Shown: positions 15,498-16,751 of the stretch, one piece after another | Layout: each line of letters opens with the position of its first letter | Position numbering within the stretch: the stretch's first letter is position 1 | Origin: an uncultured Eubacteriales bacterium | Lineage (GTDB): Bacteria > Bacillota > Clostridia > Oscillospirales > Oscillospiraceae | Length of the DNA: 16,751 nt | Reading direction: 5' to 3' | NCBI GenBank assembly: GCA_902496595.1 | Contig: CABVBV010000030.1 | Coordinates: 1 to 16,751, forward strand | Translations under genes and position numbers: made by a program | The notes under the pieces: generated by a model | Seen by the model: only the letters and a program-made list of their open reading frames with translations | Told to the model about the DNA's origin: nothing | Databases searched by the model: none

Positions 15498-16127
15498 TTG
15501 AAGGTTTCGGAAGGAGGAGTTTTCATAGCCGGGCTCGGCGGCCTGGGAGGCTATCTGCTGGAGCATATGCTGAGGCTCGGCCCGGCGTTCATCAGGGCCG
15601 CGGACGGGGACGTGTTCGACGAGTCGAACCTGAACCGGCAGCTGCTCTCGGCGCCTTCGCTGCTCGGCAGGAAAAAGGCGGAGCTGGCCTCGGAACGGGC
15701 GAGGCTCGTGAAGCCGGGCCTGCGCTTCGAGGCGGTTGCCGATTTCCTGACCGACGAGAACTGCGCACAGCTGCTCTCGGGCTGCGCCCTGGCCCTCGAC
15801 GGGCTCGACAATGTGCGCTCGAGGCTGATCCTGGAGCGAGGCTGCGAGGAACTGGGCATACCGCTCGTCCACGGGGCCATAGGAGGGCCGCTTTTCGAGG
15901 CGGGCACGGCGCCGCCGGGAAGCTCCATGCTCTCAAGACTGTACCCCGGAGGTTCGGAGCCGGGAAAACTTCCGGGAGTGGGAACTGCGGCGGCAGTGTG
16001 CGCCGGGCTCCAGGCCTCGGAGGCGGAGAAGCTGCTCAGAGGCGAAAGACCGCCGCTCTGGGGCAGGCTGCTCATGGGAAATCTGGATACTATGGAGTTC
16101 CATACGGCGGTAATTGTCCGAGATTGA
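15498..16127 (+). CDS. Short ThiF/MoeB/HesA-family E1-like adenylyltransferase
   Basis: Motifs: GLGGLGG nucleotide-binding motif, DGDVFDESNLNRQ, DGLDNVRSR. The start is uncertain. The track gives GTG 15480, but GAGGAGG at 15482-15488 is best placed for TTG 15498 (TTG 15492 is also possible). Confidence 0.75.
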   Translation: MKVSEGGVFIAGLGGLGGYLLEHMLRLGPAFIRAADGDVFDESNLNRQLLSAPSLLGRKKAELASERARLVKPGLRFEAVADFLTDENCAQLLSGCALALDGLDNVRSRLILERGCEELGIPLVHGAIGGPLFEAGTAPPGSSMLSRLYPGGSEPGKLPGVGTAAAVCAGLQASEAEKLLRGERPPLWGRLLMGNLDTMEFHTAVIVRD

Positions 16128-16137
16128 AAGTTCGCTC

Positions 16138-16166
16138 TTTACAGGGAGGCTAAAATCCGATATAGT
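16138..16166 (+). promoter_or_regulatory. Candidate promoter (TTTACA-17 nt-TATAGT) about 195 nt upstream of the lipoprotein gene
   Basis: Hexamers at 16138-16143 and 16161-16166 in the AT-rich gap after the ThiF-like stop. Confidence 0.35.
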
Positions 16167-16361
16167 ATAAGGGTGAATTGTGTTTTGTTTGACAAAATAT
16201 AAGAAACGGCGTGCGCGGCAAACAGTTTTTCAGCAGACTATTTATCCGCGCCGCTCTTGTCTCAAGAGAAATTGTTATTTCTTTGACACGGCTGTTGACG
16301 TCCCGTGCTGTCAGCGGGGCGAACAGATATAAAAAACCATCCATATTCAGGAGGTAGGAAA

Positions 16362-16751
16362 ATGAAGAAACTGTTTGCGATCCTTCTCGCCGCGATACTT
16401 TGTCTGGGCCTGCTGGCAGGCTGCGGCCAGACGACCATCATAGTCAACATGGGCGACGATGACGACGATGCCGACGCCACCCCGACCACCGAGGTCGTGG
16501 AGACCGAGCCGCCCGCCGACGACACTGCGGCTCCCGTGGCCGACGACACGCCGCTGCCCGAGGGCCAGCTGAAGACCGGCCTCGCCATCGTCTCCGTCGT
16601 TTCCAGCAGCTCCAAGGCTGCGAGCGCGGACGCCGACGGCAACGCCCAGGCCGACACCACCTTCGTGGCCGTCCTAGTGGACGCCGACGGCGTCATCAAG
16701 GACTGCCTCATCGACTGCGTGCAGACCAAGATAGCCTTCAACGCCGCCGGC
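16362..16751 (+). CDS. Putative lipoprotein, 5' part only (runs off the window end)
   Basis: AGGAGG RBS at 16349-16354, ATG at 16362. My translation: MKKLFAILLAAILCLGLLAGCGQ..., a signal peptide plus LAGC lipobox. An acidic D/T/P-rich linker follows, then KTGLAIVS...VAVLVDADGVIKDCLIDCVQTKIAF. It is open to the window end and absent from the supplied ORF track. The 16262..16741 minus ORF is its antisense shadow. Confidence 0.7.
   Translation, partial: MKKLFAILLAAILCLGLLAGCGQTTIIVNMGDDDDDADATPTTEVVETEPPADDTAAPVADDTPLPEGQLKTGLAIVSVVSSSSKAASADADGNAQADTTFVAVLVDADGVIKDCLIDCVQTKIAFNAAG

Noticed and set aside
16150-16741. Minus-strand ORFs 16150..16344 (64 aa) and 16262..16741 (159 aa)
   Set aside because: The 159-aa ORF is antisense to a + strand ORF with a strong RBS, a signal peptide and a lipobox. 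The 64-aa ORF lies in the AT-rich intergenic leader, has no RBS, and has odd composition.
1-16751. Mobile elements, CRISPR arrays, prophage or defence-island signatures, and compositional evidence of horizontal transfer
   Set aside because: I found no transposase, integrase or recombinase motifs, no direct-repeat arrays, and no tRNA or att-like flanks. By eye, GC richness and the ATA/AGG codon habit look uniform across the unusual operon and the housekeeping genes, so nothing argues for recent acquisition. A quantitative GC-skew or codon analysis would be needed to be sure.

Overview
GC-rich bacterial chromosomal window, densely coding, with strong GGAGG-type ribosome-binding sites and frequent ATA (Ile) and AGG (Arg) codons despite the high GC. 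I support 16 CDS. I see no rRNA, tRNA, CRISPR array, transposase, integrase or long repeat. The left half (18-8233, + strand) is the main item of interest. It is an eight-gene, translationally coupled operon encoding: a large multidomain Fe-S oxidoreductase, a 73-aa four-Cys zinc-ribbon protein, a class I SAM methyltransferase, a C_GCAxxG_C_C protein, a radical SAM enzyme with an N-terminal zinc ribbon, a PaaK/F390-synthetase-type adenylate-forming ligase, and a UbiD decarboxylase with its UbiX prFMN synthase. I cannot map this gene set to any characterised pathway. From memory it resembles the uncharacterised 'DVU_1551-1557' cassette of Desulfovibrio vulgaris, here extended by UbiD/UbiX. That recollection must be checked by HMM search. 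The middle of the window is housekeeping: trxA, an MBL-fold hydrolase, fhs (formate-tetrahydrofolate ligase) and a YhhN-family membrane protein. The right part holds two tandem MoeA paralogs (one fused to a periplasmic-binding-protein-like domain), transcribed divergently from a short ThiF/MoeB-type E1-like protein. It ends with a 5'-partial lipoprotein gene that the ORF track does not list. Many long antisense ORFs in the track are GC-driven shadow ORFs and were rejected. Promoter and terminator calls are by-eye motif matches and carry low to moderate confidence.
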